From: Basidiobolus meristosporus CBS 931.73
Taxonomy: Eukaryota > Fungi > Basidiobolomycota
NCBI GenBank assembly: GCA_002104905.1
Contig: MCFE01000234.1
Coordinates: forward strand, 57,075 to 121,074
Length of the DNA stretch: 64,000 nucleotides
Direction of reading: 5' to 3'
Shown here: piece after piece, positions 42,407-56,242 of the stretch
Layout: each line of letters starts with the position of its first letter
Position numbering within the stretch: the stretch's first letter is position 1
Made by a program: the position numbers and the translations under genes
Notes under the pieces: generated by a model
The model's input: only the letters and a program-made list of their open reading frames with translations
The model's database searches: none
Told to the model about the DNA's origin: nothing

Positions 42407-45400
42407 CCCTATGAAAAATAATTGTGATGATCCTGTCAAAAGGCAATCACAAGATTTAAATCTCATGACTGAGGTATTGATGCTACAAAGACACCATGCA
42501 AAAACCATTGAAAAGAATTGCACCTCAGATTTCACAAAAACTTGGTCAAGATTTCTCATCACAACAATAGGTAAGTTGCTTTTAATTGGTTCTCTGCCAT
42601 TTCTTTCACTTTCTGATCCCAGAAACCCAATCACCTCCTAAATTTGTGTATATTGATTGGCTATTGCCTCATTTCTGTATGCTTACCTCCTGAGTGAATC
42701 AATGTTCTTATTTTTCATACATACTATTGTTTATTTACATTGAATCTCCACTTGTGTCTCAATTGCCAACTGTACCAACCTTTACAAGTATATATTCATC
42801 AATCACATTAAGCCCAACATCACACTCAACCATTAGCTTGATTAAGAGCTACAGTTCAGTATATAGGTGAAGCAAATGACTTCATATAGACACTTGAACT
42901 AATGCATATCCAGTCCATGCAGTCCTTCCATTGGTATTGTTGCATATGTGTACAAATACTTGTTGGAGCTTGTGGAAACTACTGTTTGGAGCAAGTACTC
43001 TGTAATATCTTGCCAATTCTGTAAGATCTCTCTGGTATCTCAAAGGGCTCAATTAGCTTGAAATGCTCCATGTACAACTTGGTCATTACTATAGGGATGT
43101 TTTGTATAAGAGCAAATGCATTGCTATCAGTGAAAGCTTTTGCTGCACCAAATTCCCCTAAGAAAAAAATTGAGTAAGGGCCAGCAAACTACTATCATAA
43201 TGTCTGCCAAATGCCAAGTTTCTCAAATATGGCAGCTCTCAATAGCTTGAGTACAGGCTGCTGGGGACAACAGCAGATATATATTCCTGGGGGAGACTAC
43301 ACCAACTTGCAATTAGATTAAACATGGTAATCAGCTGATCACTACTTCTGTAGATAATTGAAGCTAAGAATATGAGTAAAAACAGCTAGCTAAATGCCAG
43401 CAAAACTCTATTGGAATGTCAGCAGAATAACAGCCAAAAATCAGATGAATTATCAGCTTGAGATTTTCTTAGGGATTCCCTCAATTTTGGCATCTCCAGT
43501 TTTGATTGATTTGATATTCTGGCCAATGGCTTATGGCATGCCAACTCTGCTGCAATTGCACAGTAGCTACTGCATCTCCTCTTGGTGGGAGAATGAGGTT
43601 CTTAGTGTTGGTACTTGGGTAATAATAATGAGTGCAAGTTATGAAGTAAATCCCCCAGATCTCACTTGTTTGACAGCAAAAATGTCTCTCATGACCAGAA
43701 AAGCTGGCTATCTTGCTGATAGCTAGGCATCTCCAATGCTAATAGTTATATTCACTTTGACACAATGGCCATTTACTACTATCCTGCTGTGTAGCATACC
43801 AGATGCATGCAGTAATGAATAAAGGTAGCTATCCTGGTTGGATGGTGATTCCAGGCCAGATATCAGTTGGATTGCAATCAGATTTTTGCTCCAATACTAT
43901 AGTTTAGCAACATATTTGGTTTGAAGAAACAAGTGGCCAGCAGCATTTGCTGGTGGAGTACTTGCTTAATTGGAGCTCATTAAGTGTTAAGGCAAAGGCC
44001 TGATCATACATACCTTCTAGGTAGCCCATGTGTTTAACTGTTTGCAATATCTGTTATCAAATATAATAGAAATAATAATATCAGATACTGAGTGCAGTAC
44101 TTCAAAGTGTTACAGTATTTGTTGAGATGCTTAAGCTACTTTAGATGGTGTATTACCGGAGAATATCTGGAGTGTGAACAATGTCTTCTCCTATCTTGGT
44201 GGATTCTTGACAAGCTGGACACCTTACCATGGTGGCATTTTCTGATATGAGTGCCATATAACTGTTAGCACCTGCAGGCATCAATATAGTGTCACAGCAT
44301 ATGCAGCCAGCTGCATGATGGTTGTCCAATTGTATCATTTACTTGGTTAGTTGCATCACAGAATGATCTTGACAAGAAGTAGCAGCAAATCTCCAAAGCC
44401 TCCATTAGTGATATCAGTGGAAACATGCCACTTATATAGCCACCACAGCATATCATTCACCAGTAGATGAATTACTGGGCTCACTTGGCTTCATAAGGTA
44501 TCTGTAGCATTTTTTTCCACAGGTGTAGTTTCATTGCACATTAGGATTTTGCTGGGCTCATACAGGGTACTGTTGTGAGATGAGATAGCTTCATAATCCA
44601 CCAGTGAGCCCTCTTCTGCAGAGTTATCACTCTGCAGGCAGTATTCAGAAGGCATAAGTGAGCTAAAAGGTGTCACAAGCTCTCCTGACTCAGTTGGCAT
44701 AAGGGGACAAGTGCAAACAGGTACCATTACCAAAGTATCAAGTGACCAACAAGACACTCTTTGTATTGTGGTGACTAATGACTACATAAATATGACTTGT
44801 ATGGCAGAGCACTGACCATGACCCTTGTAACACACACAATGCCATTGGCATATATCATAGCTGAGAGGCTTGTTACAGTAGCCACCTGAAGGATATTATC
44901 TTCTCTTAGAGCATTGAATTACAATAGTCTTGTCCATGGGGCAAACTGCTTGGCACTCAGCAACATAACACTATTGTATCATTTTTGTCAATACTCATGC
45001 AATTTTGAGACAGTCTTGTATTTGAGAAATTGCACCAGTAGGTAGGTAGGATTTGGTGTTGTCCTAACATTGAGGGTGTTATGAATAAAGTTGTGGCACC
45101 ACATGCACATGTATATGCAACACTATTTCCCCTTTTGTTTGAGTTGCTTCAATATATTTGCAGCAAAAAAAAATGCAAAGTTGTCCTGTAACCAATCTGC
45201 CCCCATAGCTGACAGCAGCACAAGAGCATTTAGACCACAGCTTGCTTTGGCATTCAGTGCAACAAATAGGTCTGCATCCAAAAGAGGCCTTGTTGACATT
45301 ATGCCCACTGAATGCAATAATGCAGACTCCTCAGGCTTGCAGTCAAGTGGACTATTGAGAATTACTGCAGAGCTGCAAGATCACCATAATGCAAAGGCAT

Positions 45401-47330
45401 ATGAGAGTGTAGCAAATGCAGTACCTGTAGTGGAAGACTAGCAAATGACCATCAAAATTTCACCACCACCAGGGTTAGCAAGTATGTTGTCAGCACATAT
45501 CAGCACACCAAAATGGTATTAAGGTACAGTAGCTAATAGCATAGCTTCAATGGCCCAGGGAAGTCAAGAAGCTGTCCAGAGACAGAATAAATGAACTATA
45601 CATGTAGAGCAATCAATATTTCAGGTAGAGAATGTGGTGTCTTTCCTGCAAAGAGAGAACTCAAGTAGAACCATGTTATAGACCTGAATTGACCCATTTC
45701 TTATATAACAGCAGAGGAACACCATACAGTCTTTGATGTGCACCAACAGTGCCTAAAGATAAAGCCCACAGAAAGACCTATTACAGAATGGGAGGAAGTG
45801 ACTGTGGAATTTATACTAAAGCCTAAAAGTCAAAAAACATTGAAGATCTGTCCAGCCATTGAGTGCAATGATGATCAGTTGGCTGGTAATCAGGAGGCCA
45901 ACAAAAGTCTGGCATGCAATCACCTTGAGGCTGGCATGCAATGTAGCCATTAGGAACCCAAGGACAAGCAGAATGCAGTTGACCTGCTCCATAAGCATTA
46001 TCCTGGATTCTAACAAGCTGACATGTTTAAGGTCAGCATTAATATGCTAAGACAGTATCTGAAGAATAGCTGAAGCTATCAAAGACAAGAATAAGGGCAC
46101 CATGGCTAAATACCAGCAGCTGGGCCCATTACAGAAGCGCCAAAAGCTCTATACAAGCAGCACAAAAATGTCAGGTTGCCACAAGAGTGCTAGTAAGGGC
46201 AAAGCAGGCAGAAATGGATGCACTAGTGCAAAATCTATCAAGGAAAAGGTGTAGTTGCATTCAGGAAGCACTTACTCAAAATAGCAGTGAAGGACCCAGC
46301 AGTGATAAAAGACCAGTGGCTTCTCCAGCAGCCTGTGACAACCCAGGCTAGAAGCTCAAAACAAGTAGCAAAGAGGCAATAGGCTGTTGGAAGAGTGTCT
46401 GCAAGGGACCAGAAGGCAGAAACAAATGCACTGGCGCAGCACTTATTGAGGAGAAAATGTAGTGAATACCAGAAGCACTGAGACAAAGTAGCAGTGAAAG
46501 GCCTGGTAATGAGGAAGGAGAACATATAGGGAAAAAGTCTACCTAAGCCAGAGAGATGGAAGCATAGGAAAAAAGCTGGAGTTCCAACTAGTTAAAGGCA
46601 TATAACAAGAATAGGCTGAATTCCATAATAGCCAAAAAAAATTTCCAACATGACAATAGCTATTTTCCTGAGAGCTGGAAGTGCAGCCAGTTGAGCTATA
46701 CTTCAGCAAGGTAGAGGAGTAAGCAGTGAAGGGCATTTGCCTACCACAGCCTCCATATCCTCCATTGTAGGCAGAGTGGAGAACCCATTGACAATCAATG
46801 CTATAACATCAAGAGCTTAAACGACTATTACAATGCTTACAGTGGAATTTTGTAACATACATAGGTACACCAAGAGGTTGCAGTACTTTTTCAAGGATAA
46901 TGCTTAAAAGTGTACACTCAAATATTGCAAGGATCTAAAGCAAAGAATGACAAATGAGATCCTAGATCTGGCAGCACAAACTGAGACCAGGATGTATGGG
47001 AACAAGTGAATATACAGTGACATAAAGCCATAGGATTCTTGCCAAAGTCATAGAAAAAGGGCAGTTTGGCAGAAATACTTATTGAATAATGGATTATGAT
47101 GGAGTTGCCTGTTGAGCATGAGGTTGGGCTTAATGTTAGTGTCAGGTGTAGGGACCTGTGTAGGTCAGTACAATTGGTAATCAACTTACTACTGAAGATT
47201 AAGCAGAAATAAACCAATTCATATACAAGAAGAGTAAGAGCAATGTATAAGTCAGGAGGCAAGGAGGGTGAAAAGAGGCAGTAATCAATTAATGCATACA
47301 TGTGCAGCAGGTGATTAGGCTCCTCATACA
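42407..47330 (-). mobile_element. CMC transposon remnants (transposase ~42880-44980 minus; second ORF ~45200-47330 plus)
   Basis: CCCTATGAAAAA end at 42407. Collinear with 2703-10005, including the ANSYMAL..CPAC motif. Confidence 0.7.
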
Positions 47331-47389
47331 GAAATTCAATCTTTACAAACATCTGATTGATAACTACTCATATTTGGATATAGTAATCA

Positions 47390-47900
47390 ATATTAGCTGA
47401 TGTCACCAAACTTGGCTACCAATGCAAAGGTTTCAGTATAGTCCAGTCCTTCTGATTGACTGCAAAGCTTAATTATATCTGCATCCAGTTGATTTTGCCT
47501 TTGATTGACTAAGTCTCAGTTTGATTTCAATCAGGCCCTGATGTTGCCTGGTCATTTAAGATCAGTAAGATTTTGAAATCCTGTTGAATCTTCTGCCTTG
47601 TGGTACCACAATATTAGTTTCTAGAGTATTTCTAGACTTGGATTCCAACTGAGCCATGATTGTGGAATTCTACAGAGTGGAAAAAACCTATATTGTTTTA
47701 CTCTGGTTCAATCTTGAGCATTAGTGAGCTTAAGGTTTGATTTTTATTGTCATCCAACATCATTTTTTGAGAAGATTTCAATTATCATTGGATAGCACCT
47801 CCTGGGCCTTGGTCAACTTTTTTGCACTTGCACAGTAGCATGAACATGCTTTACTCTGAGTGCAGCAACCATAGATATGCCTTTAACACATTTCTGCTCA
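47390..47900 (-). pseudogene. Copia integrase/RT fragment
   Basis: GLDYTETFALVAKFG is homologous to 23960-24010. Confidence 0.6.
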
Positions 47901-47919
47901 AATATTGACTGATTTTCAG

Positions 47920-48298
47920 GCATATATAGGTTTTACTTTAAGGTGAATATTTAAATATAGTGCCAGACAGTACCAGTGGACCAAGATAGTGCCATGCAAT
48001 TGTGCAACAGGTTACAACCCTCTGGAGCTGGATTCAGAGTGTCATGGGTATTGTGAACAAAATGTATTCCTTCAGTCCTCCTGTACTAAACACATTATAC
48101 AAAACATTGATCTCAAGAAAAAGGTCAAAAAATAGATTCTCTCCAGCACAATGAGTGGGAAATGGGGCTGCTTTGCACAAAGATGTAGAAATATGCTTCA
48201 CACTCTGTGGCCAAGTATAGATTTATTTGGTCTCTCTGGCATGCAATGGCACTGTTTGGCACTCAAGGCTCAATATGGCCTATCTAACAGAACAAGTT
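47920..48298. mobile_element. Half foldback element (spacer plus one arm, inverted orientation)
   Basis: Reads tatagtgccagacagtacc...acagaacaagtt. The spacer is reverse-complemented relative to the other copies. Confidence 0.75.
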
Positions 48299-50144
48299 AA
48301 TACTTTATAAGCTGGATTGCAGTACACAGCAATAAGAGACTTGATTAAATATTTATAGACTGAGGTAAGAGAGCACTAATACTCTAGGTTCTGGTCTACA
48401 ACAGCAAGGACTTCCACTAGAAATCTCTATCTGAAACAGTGTCTGTGGTATGGGGGATCAAGCTAGATAATAGTTCAATAATACCAATGCCTCTCTGTAC
48501 TCCCCACCACTGACCCTATGCCATGGCACAAAAGCTATTGACAAAAATCACTATAGAAGGCTTGTATATGCAGGAGTGTCACCACACAGTCAGCCAGCAT
48601 CATTCTTGAGGTATATGAGTGTGGTATATATCTACTCTGGTCATGTTTGTCAGACTCTACCAAAGCAGTGACCCATCTAGTCTTCACTGTTATATTGGAT
48701 ATTTGTCATATTCTTGGTGATATTTGTTATCAGCACTATATGACAGTCCAAGGGAAGGAAAAGTGAACATAGCTCAAGGCAATGGTAATATATATTAAAG
48801 CATTGCACTAAACAACCCTAAAACCATAATTCTTAGCCTCTTCATTTTATCTTCCCTTGTATTTAGATTTTCTGCCAAGTTAGCAGCTGAATAGAGTGGT
48901 GTCTATCTGTAGCTCAAGGTTCTGGAGAACTGGTTGGGTGAAGGCTTGAGTAGTGGGTCCTTGCTGATGATTTGGATCCATATTGAGGACACTGTCATCT
49001 GGAGCCTAATATTCACACCGGCATCTTCAAGTAACTGAGAGATGACAAAAATATTAAAGACTTGAGGAACATGTGAGGCAGGAAACAGAGTAACAAAAAC
49101 CAAGTGCACTGCATCAGTCAGAGGTTCACAAGTCTGAGCAGATGGTCATAAGTAGCTGCTACAATAAAGTGAGACTAACATCTTGGTTTTTTCCTATTTT
49201 TATGCAAAGTTGTGGGCCCACTTAAACATTCAGGCATAAATTTTGATTTTGAAGATCAGAAAACTGTAATTGTAATCAAGCAAGTATGCCATTTTGCAAT
49301 CAAATTTTAGGCATTTTTCCTTTCATTGCTTGTTGATTTTCAAGGCAACTTTGTAGCTATATTGATTGATGTTTTGATTTTTGAATGATAGTTGGGTTAC
49401 AGCAAGCTGTCAGAATGAGCAAACCATCCATTAATATACTGGGAATGTGCTATATACATAATCCTGTAAAGTACAGTTGTAACAATACCAAACCACAATG
49501 CTCTCTATTTATAGGAAAAAAATCGAGAATATTTTTCCCTCATTTTGCGGCCAAATTCCACAATATTAGAAGAGACGAAAATAACTGTATTATTTACTAC
49601 TCTGGACTGCAAATATTGGCTATGAAATAACCAATACGTAAGAACAGTGCCATTCTTGTGTACGTGCTTCAGACCCGTGCTTGAAAACTTGTAGTATCAG
49701 TCGTTTTGCATCTCACGAATAACACAATCGTATGTTGACTTGAACCAAATCACATTTAGGGCAATTTAACCCTCAATATCGATACGTTTATTTTACAGTT
49801 CGGTGCAGTAAGTACACAAACATTGAAAATGGCGCTCAAGGGCTTACTGACATCCCAAAGTAGGAGCCCACCAATTCTCCAAATGCGGTAGTTGATACAC
49901 AACGCTGATTGAACTTCTCTATGCGGTTATGTTGGATTCACTATTTCACCTTTGCTACCAACCAAATGTGCAGTGTCCCTGTTCCTTCGGTGTCTGTCGT
50001 TGTGATATATCAATTCTTTTTGGACTGGTACACTGTGCCTACTGTAGATCGGTAGTCTATGAGACTGTGAGAGTAGGGTAGTCGTGCAAAGAGGGCTTAT
50101 TTGTTTTGCCTACTCAAAATTCCCAGTTTAGGTTGATTTATCTG

Positions 50145-50654
50145 TTAGGCGCAATTGTCGGCACAATGAGTGTATTGAATGTTTTGTTCTTTCACGCATT
50201 GTGTCTCTATTACTGGGGTTGTGTACTGTACATCTTGGGTGGGCTGCATCAGAATGTAAGGATATGAAGAACTATCGTCCGAGTGTTCCGCTCCCTTTTG
50301 CTTGGCATATTCTAATGCGTTGCCCTGGCCCTCCAGCTCGAGACTGGGCCCTGTTTGATACTTGACTTTCAAGTATTTATTGCTGTTGGCTTTAGCAATG
50401 TTCAGGTTATTGTGCTTTCTGGTCACGGTGGTGAAAACCTGGCGCAATAACGGGGATTGGACATTGAACGTCTTAACAACAGGCAAGACTTGAACTTTTT
50501 GGTAGCAATTGTTCACATACTGTGCACATAGCAAACTGCGATAATGAATCATTCTGTACTCGCAAGTGCATGGAGAAGAGCAGCCGATTGGGGCAGCAAC
50601 GGCAACTTGAGGAGCGGCAAGGCCTAGAATCACTGCTATGATAGTAAAGCGCAT
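50145..50654 (-). CDS. Small secreted protein, unknown function
   Basis: Signal-peptide-like N-terminus MRFTIIAVILGLAAPQVAVA, Cys cluster, TATATA elements ~40-60 bp upstream, CpG-retaining DNA. An intron may be missed. Confidence 0.6.
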   Translation of the reverse strand: MRFTIIAVILGLAAPQVAVAAPIGCSSPCTCEYRMIHYRSLLCAQYVNNCYQKVQVLPVVKTFNVQSPLLRQVFTTVTRKHNNLNIAKANSNKYLKVKYQTGPSLELEGQGNALEYAKQKGAEHSDDSSSYPYILMQPTQDVQYTTPVIETQCVKEQNIQYTHCADNCA

Positions 50655-50835
50655 GAAGAATAGCTGAGCAATGATTTAGTTGCATAGGCCGCTATATAGC
50701 GTGGGAGGCTATATAATGAGGTTAAACTGAGGGTATGAAGTGAGTTTTATAAGATTGGGCATGTTACACATTCTGATATGGACTTTATTGAGGAAACCTG
50801 TAACACATAAAACGCATGCACTGGAATGACAATCT

Positions 50836-50858
50836 CTGTATATATATATATATATATA
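50836..50858. repeat. (TA)n microsatellite
   Basis: A tatatatatatatatatatat run is seen directly. Confidence 0.95.
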
Positions 50859-51121
50859 TGGTTCTATCACCGCTGCCCATGATTCTCTTCAATACAAATA
50901 ATAACATTATGAACAACAAGAAGGGACGCTATTTCTGTGTGTTCATATCAGCAAAATATTGAGTACTTGTACATCATCAGTATACCTAGTAAAATATTGC
51001 TCATTTTATTTCATAAATTTACTTTTGCTAGACTGTTTCCACTGAAATATCTAATTTTGAAGTGGCGACGAGCAGAGCTCTTATACTTCTTATAACCCCC
51101 TCTAAGTGCACGCTCTGCTGG

Positions 51122-51551
51122 CTAAGTGATAATGGTTTGTGGCTGTTGCTGCTGGGGCTGATAGAAGGTTTGATCAATGACTTGCGCCTGATTGAACTGG
51201 TTTGAGTTGGACAAGGCATTGGCTTTACTGGAGGAATGGCCATTGATGTTGTCCAGCAAGGCTTGGGATGGTTGAAGATTGGAAATATCGAACCCTTGCA
51301 ACCCAGAGAATCATGCATGCTCACTCGAAGTCTTGCTTGTTTGCATTCGCTCACTCATCTCCGAATCACCCCCTCTCCTCAATTGACGGCTGGTATTCTT
51401 GACTGGGGGCCGAAGTGTCCTGATAACAAGCACCCTGTTGTTCGCCACATGGCTCATTGGTGAAGGATACCTGGGAGTCACCAAGTGGGGTAGCGGAAAT
51501 TGCTTGCAACGAAGCGATGGTGGAAACTAGCAAAAGGAAGGAAAGCTGCAT
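51122..51551 (-). CDS. Probable spliced small secreted protein (exon structure uncertain)
   Basis: Signal-like MQLSFLLLVSTIASLQAISATP. A downstream Q/N-rich frame (GFDISNLQPSQ..QPQQQQPQTIIT*) follows a possible TTGCAAG acceptor. Confidence 0.45.
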
Positions 51552-54500
51552 GACTGGCTGGTCGAGTCTCATGCGAAATTTCCCGATTTATATCACCTTC
51601 TCGATCCCACTCAATTAGCTTTATGCGAGCTAGATTGATTTAACCTGGTTGCCTCACCGTTTGCTACTTTGCCTCTTTGTAGCAAGGCTACACAGCATAG
51701 GTTGCACTTCAAAGTGTTCAGAATGAGGGCAATCTGGTCAATGATATCCTTAATATCATTTAAAATTCTCTCAGTTTTTACATTAACTCTCTGTATTAGT
51801 AAGGACTCTGGTAATTGTTTACCAATGAGCTTAAAGATTACCGTCGATAGACTCCAAGGTCATTGCAGTCAATTCCAATGGGTTTTGACTGGTGCAAATA
51901 CTTGTCACCAACGACCGGCAAGAAGGAATTATTCACGGTTATGTTTAGCCAGTAGTGCAAATTATTATGCACGGTAAGACATCTGTCAGGGTCATAGAGA
52001 CTACAGATATGTGATCATTCTAATGGCTTTGAGTTGGGCTTTCCATTGGTGAATTTTGGCGATGAGTTATGGCTGGTGGACTCTTGGAGATGTTACTGTT
52101 AAGGATATTTATCTGAAGCATTGTGCAATAAATGAGTCCAAATCCGCATTCCTTTGACCCAATTGTATTATGCTCATTGCACTGTGAGCATCTAACACTT
52201 TATTAAATATGTGTAGAATGCTACTTTAATTGTCCAAATGTAGCGTGAGAGCAAAGTTTTACCCCGGTCATGCTTTTTATCAGATATATAACAAGAATAG
52301 GTTGCCGGGTACAACTGTCATGTATAGGCAGTTCTTGGTGTTGTTTGATTAATGCCTGGTGTCAGCATCCATTCCAGCAATCAGTATCGTGTACCCACGA
52401 TCCATACTTCTGAAGACAGTCATTTTCTGTTGCGGTCAATATGATATGACACTCCTGAGGTCTTCACTATTGCCTTAGTAGATAGCATCAGATGCCAGGG
52501 ATATATATTATAGCCGTTCAAGTGTTGGCTTCCGGTAATCTTTATTCCTTGGCTTTATAAAAAGCATTGTATAATTTCTGTTATTGAATAATTTGGATCT
52601 TAACATATATCCTATATAACCTTGAGACCCTTAGGCATCTATCAGCAGAAAACCACTTTGAGTCTGTAACAGCTACTATACCAATCTATGTAAGAGCTAG
52701 AGAAATCAACGCATTTCCACTGGTCTATGAAGAATAGAGTATCTTAAATCAATAGGAACTCAAGCGCTGATTCCTCAAAGTGTCTTGCAGCCATATAGGT
52801 ATATTACCAGATGCTGAGCTCCGCAATCTCAGTTGTTCTACCTGGAAAGAGCATGGCAGATTTGGTGAGTTGCTGTTCAGTACCTACTGGTCCACACTTC
52901 CAGGTGCAATATAGAGTGAAGCTTGCAGTCTGTTTACCCACATCGACTTGTGTTAGAATTACAAAGTGCCGTCAGTTGACTAAATGGCTTGCCCAAATGT
53001 CAACTACCATGATGAAGTTGCAAATAAGCATCTGATTTACCCCTAATACTCAAATACCTTAGTATTCAGCCTGGCTAAATGCCCATTGGCGGTTTATGCA
53101 TTTGGGAGTTTGCCTGTAAGTTACCATCTAGTACTAGGAATTAAGCAACACTTGGACACAGCTGGGACTTTCAGTATTACCGAAAAGACCCTGGCCTTAT
53201 AAACCACTTTTTTGGTGCTTTCTCAAGATATCCTTATGATTGGTTTTATAGAGTTTTTGCCGAAGTATACAAGCTTTGCTTCAGCCCTACCTATTACTAC
53301 TGCAATACCAGTCAGTATTAAATTGTTCTTTTGGTTTGCGTAATCACCTTCAATATTTTCCAGAATTCTGTGAAGCAAAAGCATCCCATATAGTGCGTAA
53401 CCTTGGATAGTATGCTGTGCTCATGTGGGTTCTGTGGAAGTAGCCAAGGGAAATTTAATGTAACCGCCTTCACTAAAATACCTAGTACCTTCCATAGGCA
53501 GACAGCGCTGAACATTAAGGCCAGGTAACCTTTGACTTGTTGCTAATAGGCCGGATCAGTGCTCGTAGAGGAAGTGCAACTGAGCCTCCATGAAAAGCAA
53601 AGGTAATGCAAGACTAACACATATGAGTTGATCCGGCTAATGTGCATTGCATGTGATTGACTGCACAGCTTACCTATAGAAAATCAGCCAAAGGCCGGCA
53701 GAATACCAGGTTTCCCTAAACTTACAGCTTTCAGTATCTCAGGTTCTATTGTTTTTACAAACAAGAATAAGTGTTTTCTAGGGAGTAATTAGGCTGAATA
53801 ACCTTTCCATAAGATTTGGTAATAAGCTACTCGCTACTTTTGTAATTATCTATAGCTAAACCTAACCCTACAGAAAGCATCCATATTTGAATCAATTAAA
53901 TGATCAACTTAAGCGTTTATATAATGCCTAGAATACTTCGTGTGGTAAGTCATAGTGTTTGTTGGGTGGCTTGCGTATTCCTCTCGGACGCAGGCAATCA
54001 TGACATTTGCACTTACCAGATGTGGGCCAAGTATTACTGTTGGAAGCACTAACCTAGGGTTTATGATTCCGTAAATAAAATAGGAAATTTTAATGGCGCC
54101 TCGATTATACCTTTTTCGAATAGCTGGCACACAGATCTCGATGTAGATCAAGATGCGCTTCCCGATACACTTGAAAGAAATAGATGTGATATTGAAGAGA
54201 GTGTTGTTGTAGTGATGTGTTGATTTCAAGAGTCAATGGGCCCAGGATTAAGACTATTACTCAGCAACTATACGCGGGTGGATGAGCCAGAATCCGCAGA
54301 AGACAGTGCATCTCATGGCAAACAGACGCTTTGAATAAGATTGAGTATGCACTAGTGGGGGAATGAGACAATAAATGATAAATACTCTTAGTTTTTATAG
54401 GTGAATACATCTGCCACGCATTGAACTAGCCAACAAATAGATAATCTGCTACGTTCTCCCGATGCATCTGCTTATCATATCGAAAGTTTGCTCAAGTTAA

Positions 54501-55043
54501 ATCGAGAGAAACATTATAAGCATTGGCATTTAGATTCCAATAACATTTTACGGTTGCCATAATTTTATCAAGTTCGATCAAGAGAAACATTGGGATTCAG
54601 TTTCGAATAAAACTATATACCACTTTGCAGATTCACTTACCAAAGCTTCATATCCTCACCTGTGTATCGGAGAAGATCACCCTCATGCATGGTATGCGCA
54701 GTATTGTACCCTCCATGTATGCATGTGATTGGTTGTCTCGTACATTATAATGCATGATGAGCAAGGGGTGAGCTATACACAGCGATTAACAAACAGCCAA
54801 CTCATCGTTCTTCTGTTGATAATAAAGATATCGGGACGATTCAAAAAGTGATGTAATATCAAGGCTCAAGATATCAGACGCAGGCAGTGGCAAAACGAAG
54901 CTCCAGAAACTACTCATTTAGCTATATATAGCACTCCACAACCTGGCTTTTGCGACGCAAATCCCTCTCTTGTCAATACAGAATCAATCACAGCGACCAC
55001 ACAGACTGATCGTAATTTAGATAGGCCTAACAACCACTCAGCA

Positions 55044-55643
55044 ATGGTATATCAAATCAGAATCGTCAAAGATGAAGAAGGGATTAACCAAATCCAAAGA
55101 CTCCTTTACACGGTCTACATTGAGGAGGGCAAATGGAAGTTCAACCCTGCCAATCCAGCTGGGCTAAGGATTGAGAACCATAGGCTAACTGACAACCGCG
55201 ATGATATCGCGACATACTTCGGTGCGTTCAGCAACAAGAAACTAATAGGCTGTTGCCGAATCTGTCCAAGACATGAAGGTTTATTTGAGATACAGAATTA
55301 CAACAGCAAGACTTTGAGCCTACTAACTGAAAAGAACTTGGTGGAGGGTTCAAGGAGTGCAGTACTACCCGAGTATAGACAGCATGGAGTATTTCATATT
55401 ATGTTTCACGAAGTTCTCCAATACTGTTATCAACGCGATCTTTTACTATTTGTTTGTACTAGTTCAAATGAACTTCAGCGTATTTTTCGAATCATTGACT
55501 TTCCAATGGTTGAGGATTTCACATTCAGATATGAATCCCATGACCCAAAAGAGTGTCAACTTTTTGTGGCTAAGTCCCGATCAGACTTACTGAATAGTAT
55601 TTCAAAACTTCGCCCGACAGTTCCATTACAAAGTCATCTTTAA
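55044..55643 (+). CDS. GNAT-fold N-acyltransferase, LuxI/FeeM-like (199 aa, intronless)
   Basis: Motifs RLLYTVYIEEGKW, TDNRDD, GCCRICP, VEGSRSAVLPEYRQHG. TATATATA at ~54923 upstream and AATAAA downstream. Confidence 0.7.
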   Translation: MVYQIRIVKDEEGINQIQRLLYTVYIEEGKWKFNPANPAGLRIENHRLTDNRDDIATYFGAFSNKKLIGCCRICPRHEGLFEIQNYNSKTLSLLTEKNLVEGSRSAVLPEYRQHGVFHIMFHEVLQYCYQRDLLLFVCTSSNELQRIFRIIDFPMVEDFTFRYESHDPKECQLFVAKSRSDLLNSISKLRPTVPLQSHL

Positions 55644-56242
55644 GTTTGATAAATAAATCTGACTGATATTTTACCCTATTTTATAATACTCTATTTTACA
55701 GCATCCTGGTTATTAATTAATGCATGCTTGCACCATTTTCTTTGTTGCCTTAGCTGTTGATAAATGCATGTATTTTGTATCCACTATTTAGCACTGGTAC
55801 ATATAGCTTTTATCAATCAATATATCACAAAGTATGTCAACTAACATATTAATGACCATCAAGTATAAAGCCCATCCTGAGGCTGATATATCATGACTAA
55901 ACCTTAAGTAGAGTAGACTTATTACTTTCTATTGTGCCAGATTTTTGCTGCCATCCACTCTGGAGTGTTCCTAAACATGCTGGATTACTTCATATCACTT
56001 TGTCATTACCTAATACTGAGCTTAAATAGAATCTTAGATCAAACCATTGTATATTCCTATTTATTCTGATACTATATTTCAATGTATATAACCATATTCA
56101 ACTTTCACAGTAGATATATCTAAATACAAATACAAATACATCAAGTAGTCATTGATATTTAAGTTGTTTTCAAATGTCAATTTTCTCCACTTTGGAGAAA
56201 CATTTGTGTAATCAGAGTTTATGAACTGTCCAAGCAATGATG

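Noticed and set aside
51669-54300. Scattered short ORFs and weak P450-like words (ILIAGMD)
   Set aside because: No ExxR or heme-Cys motif and no coherent frame, so a gene or pseudogene call cannot be supported.
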